Of a stretch of DNA of 64,000 nt, positions 13,132 to 27,262 are shown piece after piece (the stretch's first letter is position 1; the number at the start of each line of letters is the position of its first letter). The translations under genes and the position numbers were made by a program. This stretch comes from Eledone cirrhosa (lineage: Eukaryota). The stretch spans positions 353,400,001 through 353,464,000 of the forward strand of contig OZ024741.1 of NCBI GenBank assembly GCA_964016885.1. The letters are read 5' to 3'. The notes beneath the pieces were generated by a model. That model saw nothing but the letters and a program-made list of their open reading frames with translations. It was not told where the DNA came from and did not search any database.

Positions 13132-13180
<49 letters not shown>

Positions 13181-13189
<9 letters not shown>

Positions 13190-13487
13190 TAAAACATGTC
13201 TATAGAATGACCAGATAAAATATATACCATTTCCTCTCCCAATTAGCATAATTAACCATATAACAAATCGAATAGACCAGGCTATAAGATTGGAGATTTC
13301 TTCATAGAAGCCTTATTCTTATAGCCTGGTCTATTCGATTTGTTATATGGTTAATTATGCTAATTGGGAGAGGAAATGGTATATATTTTATCTGGTGATT
13401 CTATAGACATGTTTTATGATATATAGCTCTGATTATTTAATTTATTAACTTTTCATTGAGCCACAAAGTGACCCGTTGCAAAACACG
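13181..13487 (+). mobile_element. Fold-back insert (arms 13181-13289 / 13317-13425 + tail)
   Basis: 109-bp near-perfect inverted arms, 27-bp spacer, ~60-bp tail and (TA)n flanks. No hammerhead core seen. Confidence 0.7.
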
Positions 13488-13526
13488 TATATGTATATAT
13501 GTATATATATATATATATATGTAAAC

Positions 13527-13579
<53 letters not shown>

Positions 13580-13583
13580 TACA

Positions 13584-16500
13584 GAGTAGTTAGTAACTAA
13601 GACAGTAGTTAGTAACTCAAACAGTAGTTAGTAACTAAGACAGTAGTTAGTAACTAAGACAGTAGTTAGTAACTAAGACAGTAGTTAGTAACTGAGACAG
13701 TAGTTAGTAACTGAGACAATAGTTAGTAACTAAGACAGTAGTTAGTAACTAAGACAGTAGTTAGTAACTCAAACAGTAGTTAGTAACTGAGACAGTAGTT
13801 AGTAACTAAGACAGTAGTTAGTAACTAAGACAGTAGTTAGTAACTGAGACAGTAGTTAGTAACTCAAACAGTAGTTAGTAACTAAGACAGTAGTTAGTAA
13901 CTGAGACAGTAGTTAGTAACTCAAACAGTAGTTAGTAACTAAGACAGTAGTTAGTAACTAAGACAGTAGTTAGTAACTAAGACAGTAGTTAGTAACTGAG
14001 ACAGTAGTTAGTAACTAAGACAATAGTTAGTAACTAAGACAGTAGTTAGTAACTAAGACAGTAGTTAGTAAATAAGACAGTAGTTAGTAACTGAGACAGT
14101 AGTTAGTAACTGAGACAGTAGTTAGTAACTAAGACAGTAGTTAGTAACTGAGACAGTAGTTAGTAACTGAGACAGTAGTTAGTAACTAAGACAGTAGTTA
14201 GTAACTGAGACAGTAGTTAGTAACTGAGACAGTAGTTAGTAACTAAGACAGTAGTTAGTAACTAAGACAGTAGTTAGTAACTAAGACAGTAGTTAGTAAC
14301 TAAGACAGTAGTTAGTAACTAAGACAGTAGTTAGTAACTGAGACAGTAGTTAGTAACTAAGACAATAGTTAGTAACTAAGACAGTAGTTAGTAACTAAGA
14401 CAGTAGTTAGTAAAAAAGACAATAGTTAGTAACTAAGACAGTAGTTAGTAACTGAGACAGTAGTTAGTAACTAAGACAGTAGTTAGTAACTGAGACAGTA
14501 GTTAGTAACTGAGACAGTAGTTAGTAACTAAGACAGTAGTTAGTAAATAAGACAATAGTTAGTAACTAAGACAGTAGTTAGTAACTAAGACAGTAGTTAG
14601 TAACTAAGACAGTAGTTAGTAACTGAGACAGTAGTTAGTAACTAAGACAGTAGTTAGTAAATAAGACAGTAGTTAGTAAATAAGACAGTAGTTAGTAAAT
14701 AAGACAATAGTTAGTAACTAAGACAGTAGTTAGTAAATAAGACAATAGTTAGTAACTAAGACAGTAGTTAGTAAATAAGACAATAGTTAGTAACTAAGAC
14801 AGTAGTTAGTAAATAAGACAATAGTTAGTAACTAAGACAGTAGTTAGTAAATAAGACAATAGTTAGTAACTAAGACAGTAGTTAGTAAATAAGACAATAG
14901 TTAGTAACTAAGACAATAGTTAGTAACTAAGACAGTAGTTAGTAACTATGACAGTAGTTAGTAAATAAGACAATAGTTAGTAACTAAGACAGTAGTTAGT
15001 AACTAAGACAGTAGATAGTAAGTAAGACAGTAGTTAGTAACTAAGACAGTAGTTAGTAACTAAGACAGTAGTTAGTAACTAAGACAATAATTAGTAACTA
15101 AGACAGTAGTTAGTAACTAAGACAGTAGTTAGTAACTAAGACAGTAGTTAGTAACTAAGACAGTAGTTAGTAACTAAGACAGTAGTTAATAACTAAGACA
15201 ATAGTTAGTAACTAAGACAATAGTTAGTAACTAAGACAATAGTTAGTAACTAAGACAGTAGTTAGTAACTCAAACAGTAGTTAATAACTAAGACAGTAGT
15301 TAGTAACTGAGACAGTAGTTAGTAACTGAGACAGTAGTTAGTAACTAATACAGTAGTTAGTAACTAAGACAGTAGTTAGTAACTAAGACAGTAGTTAGTA
15401 ACTAAGACAGTAGTTAGTAACTAAGACAGTAGTTAGTAACTAAGACAGTAGTTAGTAACTGAGACAGTAGTTAGTAACTAAGACAGTAGTTAGTAACTGA
15501 GACAGTAGTTAGTAACTAAGACAGTAGTTAGTAACTGAGACAGTAGTTAGTAACTAAGACAGTAGTTAGTAACTGAGACAGTAGTTAGTAATTAAGACAG
15601 TAGTTAGTAACTAAGACAGTGGTTAGTAACTAGGACAGTAGTTAGTAACTCAAACAGTAGTTAGTAACTAAGACAGTAGTTAGTAGCTAAGACAGTAGTT
15701 AGTAAGTAAGACAGTAGTTAGTAACTAAGACAGTAGTTAGCAACTCAAACAGTAGTTAGTAACTAAGACAGTAGTTAGTAACTAAGACAGTAGTTAGTAA
15801 CTGAGACAGTAGTTAGTAACTAAGACAGTAGTTAGTAACTGAGACAGTAGTTAGTAACTGAGACAGTAGTTAGTAACTAAGACAGTAGTTAGTAACTGAG
15901 ACAGTAGTTAGTAACTAAGACAGTAGTTAGTAACTGAGACAGTAGTTAGTAACTGAGACAGTAGTTAGTAACTAAGACAGTAGATAGTAACTGAGACAGT
16001 AGTTAGTAACTAAGACAGTAGTTAGTAACTGAGACAATAGTTAGTAACTAAGACAATAGTTAGTAACTAAGACGATAGTTAGTAACTAACACAGTAGTTA
16101 GTATCTAAGACAGTAGTTAGTAACTAGGACAGTAGTTAGTAACTAAGACAGTAGTTAGTAACTGAGACAATAGTTAGTAACTAAGACAGTAGTTAGTAGC
16201 TGAGACAGTAGTTAGTAACTGAGACAGTAGTTAGTAACTAAGACAGTAGTTAGTAACTAAGACAGTAGTTAGTAACTGAGACAGTAGTTAGTAACTGAGA
16301 CAGTAGTTAGTAACTGAGACAGTAGTTAGTAACTAAGACAGTAGTTAGTAACTAAGACAGTAGTTAGTAGCTAAGACAATAGTTAGTAACTAAGACAGTA
16401 GTTAGTAACTAAGACAGTAGTTAGTAACTAAGACAGTAGTTAGTAACTGAGACAGTAGTTAGTAACTAAGACAGTAGTTAGTAACTAAGACAGTAGTTAG

Positions 16501-19500
16501 TAGCTAAGACAATAGTTAGTAACTAAGACAGTAGTTAGTAACTAAGACAGTAGTTAGTAACTAAGACAGTAGTTAGTAACTGAGACGATAGTTAGTAACT
16601 AAGACAGTAGTTAGTATCTAAGACAGTAGTTAGTAACTAGGACAGTAGTTAGTAACTAAGACAGTAGTTAGTAACTGAGACAATAGTTAGTAACTAAGAC
16701 AGTAGTTAGTAGCTGAGACAGTAGTTAGTAACTGAGACAGTAGTTAGTAACTAAGACAGTAGTTAGTAACTAAGACAGTAGTTAGTAACTGAGACAGTAG
16801 TTAGTAACTGAGACAGTAGTTAGTAACTAAGACAGTAGTTAGTAACTAAGACAGTAGTTAGTAGCTAAGACAATAGTTAGTAACTAAGACAGTAGTTAGT
16901 AACTAAGACAGTAGTTAGTAACTAAGACAGTAGTTAGTAACTAAGACAGTAGTTAGTAACTGAGACAGTAGTTAGTAACTAAGACAGTAGTTAGTAACTA
17001 AGACAGTAGTTAGTAGCTAAGACAATAGTTAGTAACTAAGACAGTAGTTAGTAACTAAGACAGTAGTTAGTAACTAAGACAGTAGTTAGTAACTGAGACA
17101 GTAGTTAGTAACTAAGACAGTAGTTAGTAGCTAAGACAGTAGTTAGTAACTGAGACAGTAGTTAGTAGCTAAGACAGTAGTTAGTAGCTAAGACAGTAGT
17201 TAGTAACTGAGACAGTAGTTAGTAACTAAGACAGTAGTTAGTAACTAAGACAGTAGTTAGTAGCTAAGACAGTAGTTAGTAACTAAGACAGTAGTTAGTA
17301 ACTAAGACAGTAGTTAGTAACTGAGACAGTAGTTAGTAACTAAGACAGTAGTTAGTAGCTAAGACAGTAGTTAGTAACTGAGACAGTAGTTAGTAACTAA
17401 GACAGTAGTTAGTAGCTAAGACAGTAGATAGTAACTGAGACAGTAGTTAGTAACTAAGACAGTAGTTAGTAACTAAGACAGTAGTTAGTAGCTAAGACAG
17501 TAGTTAGTAACTGAGACAGTAGTTAGTAAGTAAGACAGTAGTTAGTAACTGAGACAGTAGTTAGTAACTGAGACAGTAGTTAGTAACTAAGACAGTAGTT
17601 AGTAACTAAGACAGTAGTTAGTAGCTAAGACAGTAGTTAGTAACTGAGACAGTAGTTAGTAACTAAGACAGTAGTTAGTAGCTAAGACAGTAGTTAGTAA
17701 CTGAGACAGTAGTTAGTAACTAAGACAGTAGTTAGTAACTAAGACAGTAGTTAGTAACTAAGACAGTAGTTAGTAACTAGGACAGTAGTTAGTAACTAAG
17801 ACAGTAGTTAGTAACTAAGGCAGTGGTTAGTAACTGAGACAGTAGTTAGTAACTGAGACAGTAGTTAGTAACTAAGACAGTAGTTAGTAACTGAGACAGT
17901 AGTTAGTAACTGAGACAGTAGTTAGTAACTAAGTCAGTAGTTAGTAACTAAGACAGTAGTTAGTAGCTAAGACAGTAGTTAGTAACTGAGACAGTAGTTA
18001 GTAACTAAGACAGTAGTTAATAACTGAGACAGTAGTTAGTAACTAAGACAGTAGTTAGTAACTGAGACAGTAGTTAGTAACTAAGACAGTAGTTAGTAAC
18101 TGAGACAGTAGTTAGTAACTAAGACAGTAGTTACTAACTAAGACAGTAGTTAGTAACTAAGACAGTAGTTAGTAACTAAGACAGTAGTTAGTAACTAAGA
18201 CAGTAGTTAGTAACTAAGACAGTAGTTAGTAACTGAGACAGTAGTTAGTAACTAAGACAGTAGTTAGTAACTAAGACAGTAGTTAGTAACTAAGACAGTA
18301 GTTAGTAACTAAGACAGTAGTTAGTAACTGAGACAGTAGTTAGTAACTAAGACAGTAGTTAGTAACTGAGACAGTAGTTACTAACTACTGTCTTAGTTAC
18401 TAACTAAGACAGTAGTTAGTAACTAAGACAGTAGTTAGTAACTAAGACAGTAGTTAGTAACTAAGACAGTAGTTAGTAACTAAGACAGTAGTTAGTAACT
18501 AAGACAGTAGTTAGTAACTAGGACAGTAGTTAGTAACTAAGACAGTAGTTAGTAACTAAGGCAGTGGTTAGTAACTAAGACAGTAGTTAGTAACTCAGTC
18601 AGTAGTTAGTAACTAATACAGTAGTTAGTAACTCAGTTAGTAGTTAGTAACTAAGATAGTAGTTAGTAACTGAGACAGTAGTTAGTAACTGAGATAGTAG
18701 TTAGTAACTGAGACAGTAGTTAGTAACTAAGACAGTAGTTAGTAACTGAGACAGTAGTTAGTAACTAAGACAGTAGTTAGTAACTAAGACAGTAGTTAGT
18801 AACTGAGACAGTAGTTAGTAACTGAGACAGTAGTTAGTAACTAAGACAGTAGTTAGTAACTGAGACAGTAGTTAGTAACTAAGACAGTAGTTAGTAACTG
18901 AGACAGTAGTTAGTAACTGAGACAGTAGTTAGTAACTGAGACAGTAGTTAGTAACTCAAACAGTAGTTAGTAACTAAGAGAGTAGTTAGTAGCTAAGACA
19001 GTAGTTAGTAACTAAGACAGTAGTTAGTAACTAAGACAGTAGTTAGTAGCTAAGACAGTAGTTAGTAACTGAGACAGTAGTTAGTAACTAAGACAGTAGT
19101 TAGTAGCTAAGACAGTAGTTAGTAACTGAGACAGTAGTTAGTAACTAAGACAGTAGTTAGTAGCTAAGACAGTAGTTAGTAACTGAGACAGTAGTTAGTA
19201 ACTAAGACAGTAGTTAGTAACTAAGACAGTAGTTAGTAACTAAGACAGTAGTTAGTAACTAAGACAGTAGTTAGTAACTGAGACAGTAGTTAGTAACTAA
19301 GACAGTAGTTAGTAACTAAGACAGTAGTTAGTAGCTAAGACAGTAGTTAGTAACTGAGACAGTAGTTAGTAGCTAAGACAGTAGTTAGTAGCTAAGACAG
19401 TAGTTAGTAACTGAGACAGTAGTTAGTAACTAAGACAGTAGTTAGTAACTAAGACAGTAGTTAGTAGCTAAGACAGTAGTTAGTAACTAAGACAGTAGTT

Positions 19501-22500
19501 AGTAACTAAGACAGTAGTTAGTAGCTAAGACAGTAGTTAGTAACTGAGACAGTAGTTAGTAACTAAGACAGTAGTTAGTAGCTAAGACAGTAGTTAGTAA
19601 CTGAGACAGTAGTTAGTAACTAAGACAGTAGTTAGTAGCTAAGACAGTAGTTAGTAACTGAGACAGTAGTTAGTAACTAAGACAGTAGTTAGTAGCTAAG
19701 ACAGTAGTTAGTAACTGAGACAGTAGTTAGTAACTAAGACAGTAGTTAGTAACTGAGACAGTAGTTAGTAACTGAGACAGTAGTTAGTAACTGAGACAGT
19801 AGTTAGTAACTAAGACAGTAGTTAGTAACTAAGACAGTAGTTAGTAGCTAAGACAGTAGTTAGTAACTGAGACAGTAGTTAGTAACTAAGACAGTAGTTA
19901 GTAGCTAAGACAGTAGTTAGTAACTGAGACAGTAGTTAGTAACTAAGACAGTAGTTAGTAACTAAGACAGTAGTTAGTAACTAAGACAGTAGTTAGTAAC
20001 TAGGACAGTAGTTAGTAACTAAGACAGTAGTTAGTAACTAAGGCAGTGGTTAGTAACTGAGACAGTAGTTAGTAACTGAGACAGTAGTTAGTAACTAAGA
20101 CAGTAGTTAGTAACTGAGACAGTAGTTAGTAACTGAGACAGTAGTTAGTAACTAAGTCAGTAGTTAGTAACTAAGACAGTAGTTAGTAGCTGAGACAGTA
20201 GTTAGTAACTAAGACAGTAGTTAGTAACTGAGACAGTAGTTAGTAACTAAGACAGTAGTTAGTAACTGAGACAGTAGTTAGTAACTAAGACAGTAGTTAG
20301 TAACTGAGACAGTAGTTAGTAACTAAGACAGTAGTTACTAACTAAGACAGTAGTTAGTAACTAAGACAGTAGTTAGTAACTAAGACAGTAGTTAGTAACT
20401 AAGACAGTAGTTAGTAACTGAGACAGTAGTTAGTAACTAAGACAGTAGTTAGTAACTAAGACAGTAGTTAGTAACTAAGACAGTAGTTAGTAACTGAGAC
20501 AGTAGTTAGTAACTAAGACAGTAGTTAGTAACTAAGACAGTAGTTAGTAACTGAGACAGTAGTTAGTAACTAAGACAGTAGTTAGTAACTAAGACAGTAG
20601 TTAGTAACTAGGACAGTAGTTAGTAACTAAGACAGTAGTTAGTAACTAAGGCAGTGGTTAGTAACTAAGACAGTAGTTAGTAACTCAGTCAGTAGTTAGT
20701 AACTCAGTTAGTAGTTAGTAACTAAGATAGTAGTTAGTAACTGAGATAGTAGTTAGTAACTGAGACAGTAGTTAGTAACTAAGACAGTAGTTAGTAACTG
20801 AGACAGTAGTTAGTAACTGAGACAGTAGTTAGTAACTAAGACAGCAGTTAGTAACTAAGACAGTAGTTAGTAACTGAGACAGTAGTTAGTAACTAAGACA
20901 GTAGTTAGTAACTGAGACAGTAGTTAGTAACTAAGACAGTAGTTAGTAACTAAGACAGTAGTTAGTAACTGAGACAGTAGTTAGTAACTGAGACAGTAGT
21001 TAGTAACTCAAACAGTAGTTAGTAACTAAGAGAGTAGTTAGTAACTGAGACAGTAGTTAGTAACTAAGATAGTAGTTAGTAACTAAGATAGTAGTTAGTA
21101 ACTAAGACAGTAGTTAGTAACTAAGACAGTAGTTAGTAACTAAGACAGTAGTTAGTCACTAAGACAGTAGTTAGTAACTAAGAGAGTAGTTAGTAACTGA
21201 GACAGTAGTTAGTAGCTAAGACAGTAGTTAGTAACTAAGACAGTAGTTAGTAACTAAGACAGTAGTTAGTAACTGAGACAGTAGTTAGTAACTGAGACAG
21301 TAGTTAGTAACTCAAACAGTAGTTAGTAACTAAGAGAGTAGTTAGTAGCTAAGACAGTAGTTAGTAACTAAGACAGTAGTTAGTAACTAAGACAGTAGTT
21401 AGTAGCTAAGACAGTAGTTAGTAACTGAGACAGTAGTTAGTAACTAAGACAGTAGTTAGTAGCTAAGACAGTAGTTAGTAACTGAGACAGTAGTTAGTAA
21501 CTAAGACAGTAGTTAGTAGCTAAGACAGTAGTTAGTAACTGAGACAGTAGTTAGTAACTAAGACAGTAGTTAGTAACTAAGACAGTAGTTAGTAACTAAG
21601 ACAGTAGTTAGTAACTAAGACAGTAGTTAGTAACTGAGACAGTAGTTAGTAACTAAGACAGTAGTTAGTAACTAAGACAGTAGTTAGTAGCTAAGACAGT
21701 AGTTAGTAACTGAGACAGTAGTTAGTAGCTAAGACAGTAGTTAGTAGCTAAGACAGTAGTTAGTAACTGAGACAGTAGTTAGTAACTAAGACAGTAGTTA
21801 GTAACTAAGACAGTAGTTAGTAGCTAAGACAGTAGTTAGTAACTAAGACAGTAGTTAGTAACTAAGACAGTAGTTAGTAGCTAAGACAGTAGTTAGTAAC
21901 TGAGACAGTAGTTAGTAACTAAGACAGTAGTTAGTAGCTAAGACAGTAGTTAGTAACTGAGACAGTAGTTAGTAACTAAGACAGTAGTTAGTAGCTAAGA
22001 CAGTAGTTAGTAACTGAGACAGTAGTTAGTAACTAAGACAGTAGTTAGTAACTAAGACAGTAGTTAGTAGCTAAGACAGTAGTTAGTAACTGAGACAGTA
22101 GTTAGTAACTAAGACAGTAGTTAGTAACTGAGACAGTAGTTAGTAACTGAGACAGTAGTTAGTAACTGAGACAGTAGTTAGTAACTAAGACAGTAGTTAG
22201 TAACTAAGACAGTAGTTAGTAGCTAAGACAGTAGTTAGTAACTGAGACAGTAGTTAGTAACTAAGACAGTAGTTAGTAGCTAAGACAGTAGTTAGTAACT
22301 GAGACAGTAGTTAGTAACTAAGACAGTAGTTAGTAACTAAGACAGTAGTTAGTAACTAAGACAGTAGTTAGTAACTAGGACAGTAGTTAGTAACTAAGAC
22401 AGTAGTTAGTAACTAAGGCAGTGGTTAGTAACTGAGACAGTAGTTAGTAACTGAGACAGTAGTTAGTAACTAAGACAGTAGTTAGTAACTGAGACAGTAG

Positions 22501-25500
22501 TTAGTAACTGAGACAGTAGTTAGTAACTAAGTCAGTAGTTAGTAACTAAGACAGTAGTTAGTAGCTGAGACAGTAGTTAGTAACTAAGACAGTAGTTAGT
22601 AACTGAGACAGTAGTTAGTAACTAAGACAGTAGTTAGTAACTGAGACAGTAGTTAGTAACTAAGACAGTAGTTAGTAACTGAGACAGTAGTTAGTAACTA
22701 AGACAGTAGTTACTAACTAAGACAGTAGTTAGTAACTAAGACAGTAGTTAGTAACTAAGACAGTAGTTAGTAACTAAGACAGTAGTTAGTAACTGAGACA
22801 GTAGTTAGTAACTAAGACAGTAGTTAGTAACTAAGACAGTAGTTAGTAACTAAGACAGTAGTTAGTAACTGAGACAGTAGTTAGTAACTAAGACAGTAGT
22901 TAGTAACTAAGACAGTAGTTAGTAACTGAGACAGTAGTTAGTAACTAAGACAGTAGTTAGTAACTAAGACAGTAGTTAGTAACTAAGACAGTAGTTAGTA
23001 ACTAGGACAGTAGTTAGTAACTAAGACAGTAGTTAGTAACTAAGGCAGTGGTTAGTAACTAAGACAGTAGTTAGTAACTCAGTCAGTAGTTAGTAACTCA
23101 GTTAGTAGTTAGTAACTAAGATAGTAGTTAGTAACTGAGATAGTAGTTAGTAACTGAGACAGTAGTTAGTAACTAAGACAGTAGTTAGTAACTGAGACAG
23201 TAGTTAGTAACTGAGACAGTAGTTAGTAACTAAGACAGCAGTTAGTAACTAAGACAGTAGTTAGTAACTGAGACAGTAGTTAGTAACTAAGACAGTAGTT
23301 AGTAACTGAGACAGTAGTTAGTAACTAAGACAGTAGTTAGTAACTAAGACAGTAGTTAGTAACTGAGACAGTAGTTAGTAACTGAGACAGTAGTTAGTAA
23401 CTCAAACAGTAGTTAGTAACTAAGAGAGTAGTTAGTAACTGAGACAGTAGTTAGTAACTAAGATAGTAGTTAGTAACTAAGATAGTAGTTAGTAACTAAG
23501 ACAGTAGTTAGTAACTAAGACAGTAGTTAGTAACTAAGACAGTAGTTAGTCACTAAGACAGTAGTTAGTAACTAAGAGAGTAGTTAGTAACTGAGACAGT
23601 AGTTAGTAGCTAAGACAGTAGTTAGTAACTAAGACAGTAGTTAGTAACTAAGACAGTAGTTAGTAACTGAGACAGTAGTTAGTAACTGAGACAGTAGTTA
23701 GTAACTCAAACAGTAGTTAGTAACTAAGAGAGTAGTTAGTAGCTAAGACAGTAGTTAGTAACTAAGACAGTAGTTAGTAACTAAGACAGTAGTTAGTAGC
23801 TAAGACAGTAGTTAGTAACTGAGACAGTAGTTAGTAACTAAGACAGTAGTTAGTAGCTAAGACAGTAGTTAGTAACTGAGACAGTAGTTAGTAACTAAGA
23901 CAGTAGTTAGTAGCTAAGACAGTAGTTAGTAACTGAGACAGTAGTTAGTAACTAAGACAGTAGTTAGTAACTAAGACAGTAGTTAGTAACTAAGACAGTA
24001 GTTAGTAACTAAGACAGTAGTTAGTAACTGAGACAGTAGTTAGTAACTAAGACAGTAGTTAGTAACTAAGACAGTAGTTAGTAGCTAAGACAGTAGTTAG
24101 TAACTGAGACAGTAGTTAGTAGCTAAGACAGTAGTTAGTAGCTAAGACAGTAGTTAGTAACTGAGACAGTAGTTAGTAACTAAGACAGTAGTTAGTAACT
24201 AAGACAGTAGTTAGTAGCTAAGACAGTAGTTAGTAACTAAGACAGTAGTTAGTAACTAAGACAGTAGTTAGTAGCTAAGACAGTAGTTAGTAACTGAGAC
24301 AGTAGTTAGTAACTAAGACAGTAGTTAGTAGCTAAGACAGTAGTTAGTAACTGAGACAGTAGTTAGTAACTAAGACAGTAGTTAGTAGCTAAGACAGTAG
24401 TTAGTAACTAAGACAGTAGTTAGTAACTAAGACAGTAGTTAGTAGCTAAGACAGTAGTTAGTAACTGAGACAGTAGTTAGTAACTAAGACAGTAGTTAGT
24501 AACTGAGACAGTAGTTAGTAACTGAGACAGTAGTTAGTAACTGAGACAGTAGTTAGTAACTAAGACAGTAGTTAGTAACTAAGACAGTAGTTAGTAGCTA
24601 AGACAGTAGTTAGTAACTGAGACAGTAGTTAGTAACTAAGACAGTAGTTAGTAGCTAAGACAGTAGTTAGTAACTGAGACAGTAGTTAGTAACTAAGACA
24701 GTAGTTAGTAACTAAGACAGTAGTTAGTAACTAAGACAGTAGTTAGTAACTAGGACAGTAGTTAGTAACTAAGACAGTAGTTAGTAACTAAGGCAGTGGT
24801 TAGTAACTGAGACAGTAGTTAGTAACTGAGACAGTAGTTAGTAACTGAGACAGTAGTTAGTAACTAAGACAGTAGTTAGTAACTGAGACAGTAGTTAGTA
24901 ACTGAGACAGTAGTTAGTAACTAAGTCAGTAGTTAGTAACTAAGACAGTAGTTAGTAGCTAAGACAGTAGTTAGTAACTGAGACAGTAGTTAGTAACTAA
25001 GACAGTAGTTAGTAACTGAGACAGTAGTTAGTAACTAAGACAGTAGTTAGTAACTGAGACAGTAGTTAGTAACTAAGACAGTAGTTAGTAACTGAGACAG
25101 TAGTTAGTAACTAAGACAGTAGTTACTAACTAAGACAGTAGTTAGTAACTAAGACAGTAGTTAGTAACTAAGACAGTAGTTAGTAACTAAGACAGTAGTT
25201 AGTAACTAAGACAGTAGTTAGTAACTGAGACAGTAGTTAGTAACTAAGACAGTAGTTAGTAACTAAGACAGTAGTTAGTAACTAAGACAGTAGTTAGTAA
25301 CTGAGACAGTAGTTAGTAACTAAGACAGTAGTTAGTAACTAAGACAGTAGTTAGTAACTGAGACAGTAGTTAGTAACTAAGACAGTAGTTAGTAACTAAG
25401 ACAGTAGTTAGTAACTAAGACAGTAGTTAGTAACTAGGACAGTAGTTAGTAACTAAGACAGTAGTTAGTAACTAAGGCAGTGGTTAGTAACTAAGACAGT

Positions 25501-26095
25501 AGTTAGTAACTCAGTCAGTAGTTAGTAACTCAGTTAGTAGTTAGTAACTAAGATAGTAGTTAGTAACTGAGACAGTAGTTAGTAACTGAGATAGTAGTTA
25601 GTAACTGAGACAGGAGTTAGTAACTAAGACAGTAGTTAGTAACTGAGACAGTAGTTAGTAACTGAGACAGTAGTTAGTAACTAAGACAGTAGTTAGTAAC
25701 TAAGACAGTAGTTAGTAACTGAGACAGTAGTTAGTAACTGAGACAGTAGTTAGTAACTAAGACAGTAGTTAGTAACTGAGACAGTAGTTAGTAACTAAGA
25801 CAGTAGTTAGTAACTGAGACAGTAGTTAGTAACTGAGACAGTAGTTAGTAACTCAAACAGTAGTTAGTAACTAAGAGAGTAGTTAGTAACTGAGACAGTA
25901 GTTAGTAACTAAGATAGTAGTTAGTAACTAAGATAGTAGTTAGTAACTAAGACAGTAGTTAGTAACTAAGACAGTAGTTAGTAACTAAGACAGTAGTTAG
26001 TAACTAAGACAGTAGTTAGTCACTAAGACAGTAGTTAGTAACTAAGACAGTAGTTAGTCACTAAGACAGTAGATAGTTACTAAGATAGTAGTTAT
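13584..26095. repeat. 19-bp satellite array, ~12.5 kb (~650 units), consensus GACAGTAGTTAGTAACTAA
   Basis: Direct reading. Variants include CTGAG, GCTAAG, CTCAAA and ACAATAG. The ORF track is empty across it. Confidence 0.98.
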
Positions 26096-27005
26096 TATAG
26101 AGAGGCGATTGGAAGAGAGTTTCGTGTAGTAGATATAGAGAGGGGATAGTTTGGTGTTAATTGATATATAGAGGGGGATTGGAAGAGAGTGCTGTGTAGT
26201 AGATATAGAGAGGGGGAGAGTTTTATGGTAATGAATGGAATGAGTGGATATATAGAGGTAGGTATTGAAAGATATAGACAGGAGGAGAGTTTGTTAGTGA
26301 TGGATAGAGTGAGAGGGAATGAGAGAGTGTGTTGTATGGTAGATGTAGCGAGGGAGATAGTTTGGTGCTAATTGATATAAAGAAGGAAGTTGGGAGAGTG
26401 TGTTGTATATTGGTTATAGAGAGGGAGAGAAATTGATGTTTATTGATATTGAGAGAGGGATTGGTAAGAGAGTTCCATGTAGTAGATATAGAGAGAGGGG
26501 GAGTTTGCTGTTACGTGATACAGAGAGTGGGATTGGAAGACAGTTCCGTGTAGTAGAAATAGAGAGGGGGAGAATTTGCTAGTGATGGATAAAATGAGAG
26601 GGAATGAGTGTTGTATGGTAGATATAGAGAGGGAGATAGTTTGGTGCTAATTCATGTAGTGAGGGAGGTTGGGCGAGTGTGTTGTATATTAGATATAGAG
26701 AGGTGTAGATTTCAATGCTTTTAGATATAACGAGGGGGTTGGGAGAGATAAATATTGCTAAATATTGTAGGAGGTGAGACAGTATCGTAAAAGATGTAGA
26801 GGGGGGGGGTGATTGATAGAGAGAGAGAAAGATTACGAGAGAGTGCGGAAGAGACGGCGAGGGGGAGAGTTTGTAGATGATTGATATAAAGAGGGGCATT
26901 GGAAGAAAGTTTTGTATGTTAGATATAGAGATGTGGAGAATTTTGTGGTTGTAGATATAGAAAAAGGATAATGGGAGAGTGCCGTGTAGTAGATATACAG
27001 AGGGT
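26096..27005. repeat. Degenerate purine-rich tandem repeat
   Basis: Recurrent GTAGTAGATATAGAGAGGGGGAGAGTTTG and GATTGGAAGAGAGT motifs with imperfect periodicity. Confidence 0.7.
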
Positions 27006-27212
27006 CCCAAATAATAGGTGTTGAAATGAGGCGGGTGGCTTGGGAAATCGGTAATTGTATAGTTTACGTATGGATTTCTTGTAATGTTCTTTTTATGTCG
27101 TATGTAATGTTTTTTTAATTTAAAATAAAATAATTAAACCTGGGAGTACGTGAATTATTGACGGACGTAACAATGAAACCTCAATACTGAAGTAGAGTTT
27201 AAATATCATGTC

Positions 27213-27262
27213 CTAGTTACTCTGGAGTTTCACGTGTGTAATTACAGGATCATCAGATATGA
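27213..27262 (-). ncRNA. Hammerhead-like motif
   Basis: Minus strand CTGATGA-TCCTGTAATTACACACGT-GAAA-CTC CA GAG-TA. Stem III and core are intact; stems I and II are weak. Confidence 0.5.

Larger units (their letters stand above)
10826..13139 (-). mobile_element. Penelope-like retroelement, 5'-truncated, with inverted pseudo-LTR and 3' tail
   Basis: RT+GIY-YIG ORF. 10883-11175 is inverted-repeated at 12848-13139, with an unpaired tail at 10826-10882. (TA)n on both sides. Confidence 0.93.

Noticed and set aside
13584-26095. CRISPR-like or telomeric array
   Set aside because: Contiguous 19-bp monomers with no unique spacers and no cas genes. It contains TTAG but not TTAGGG or TTAGG repeats.
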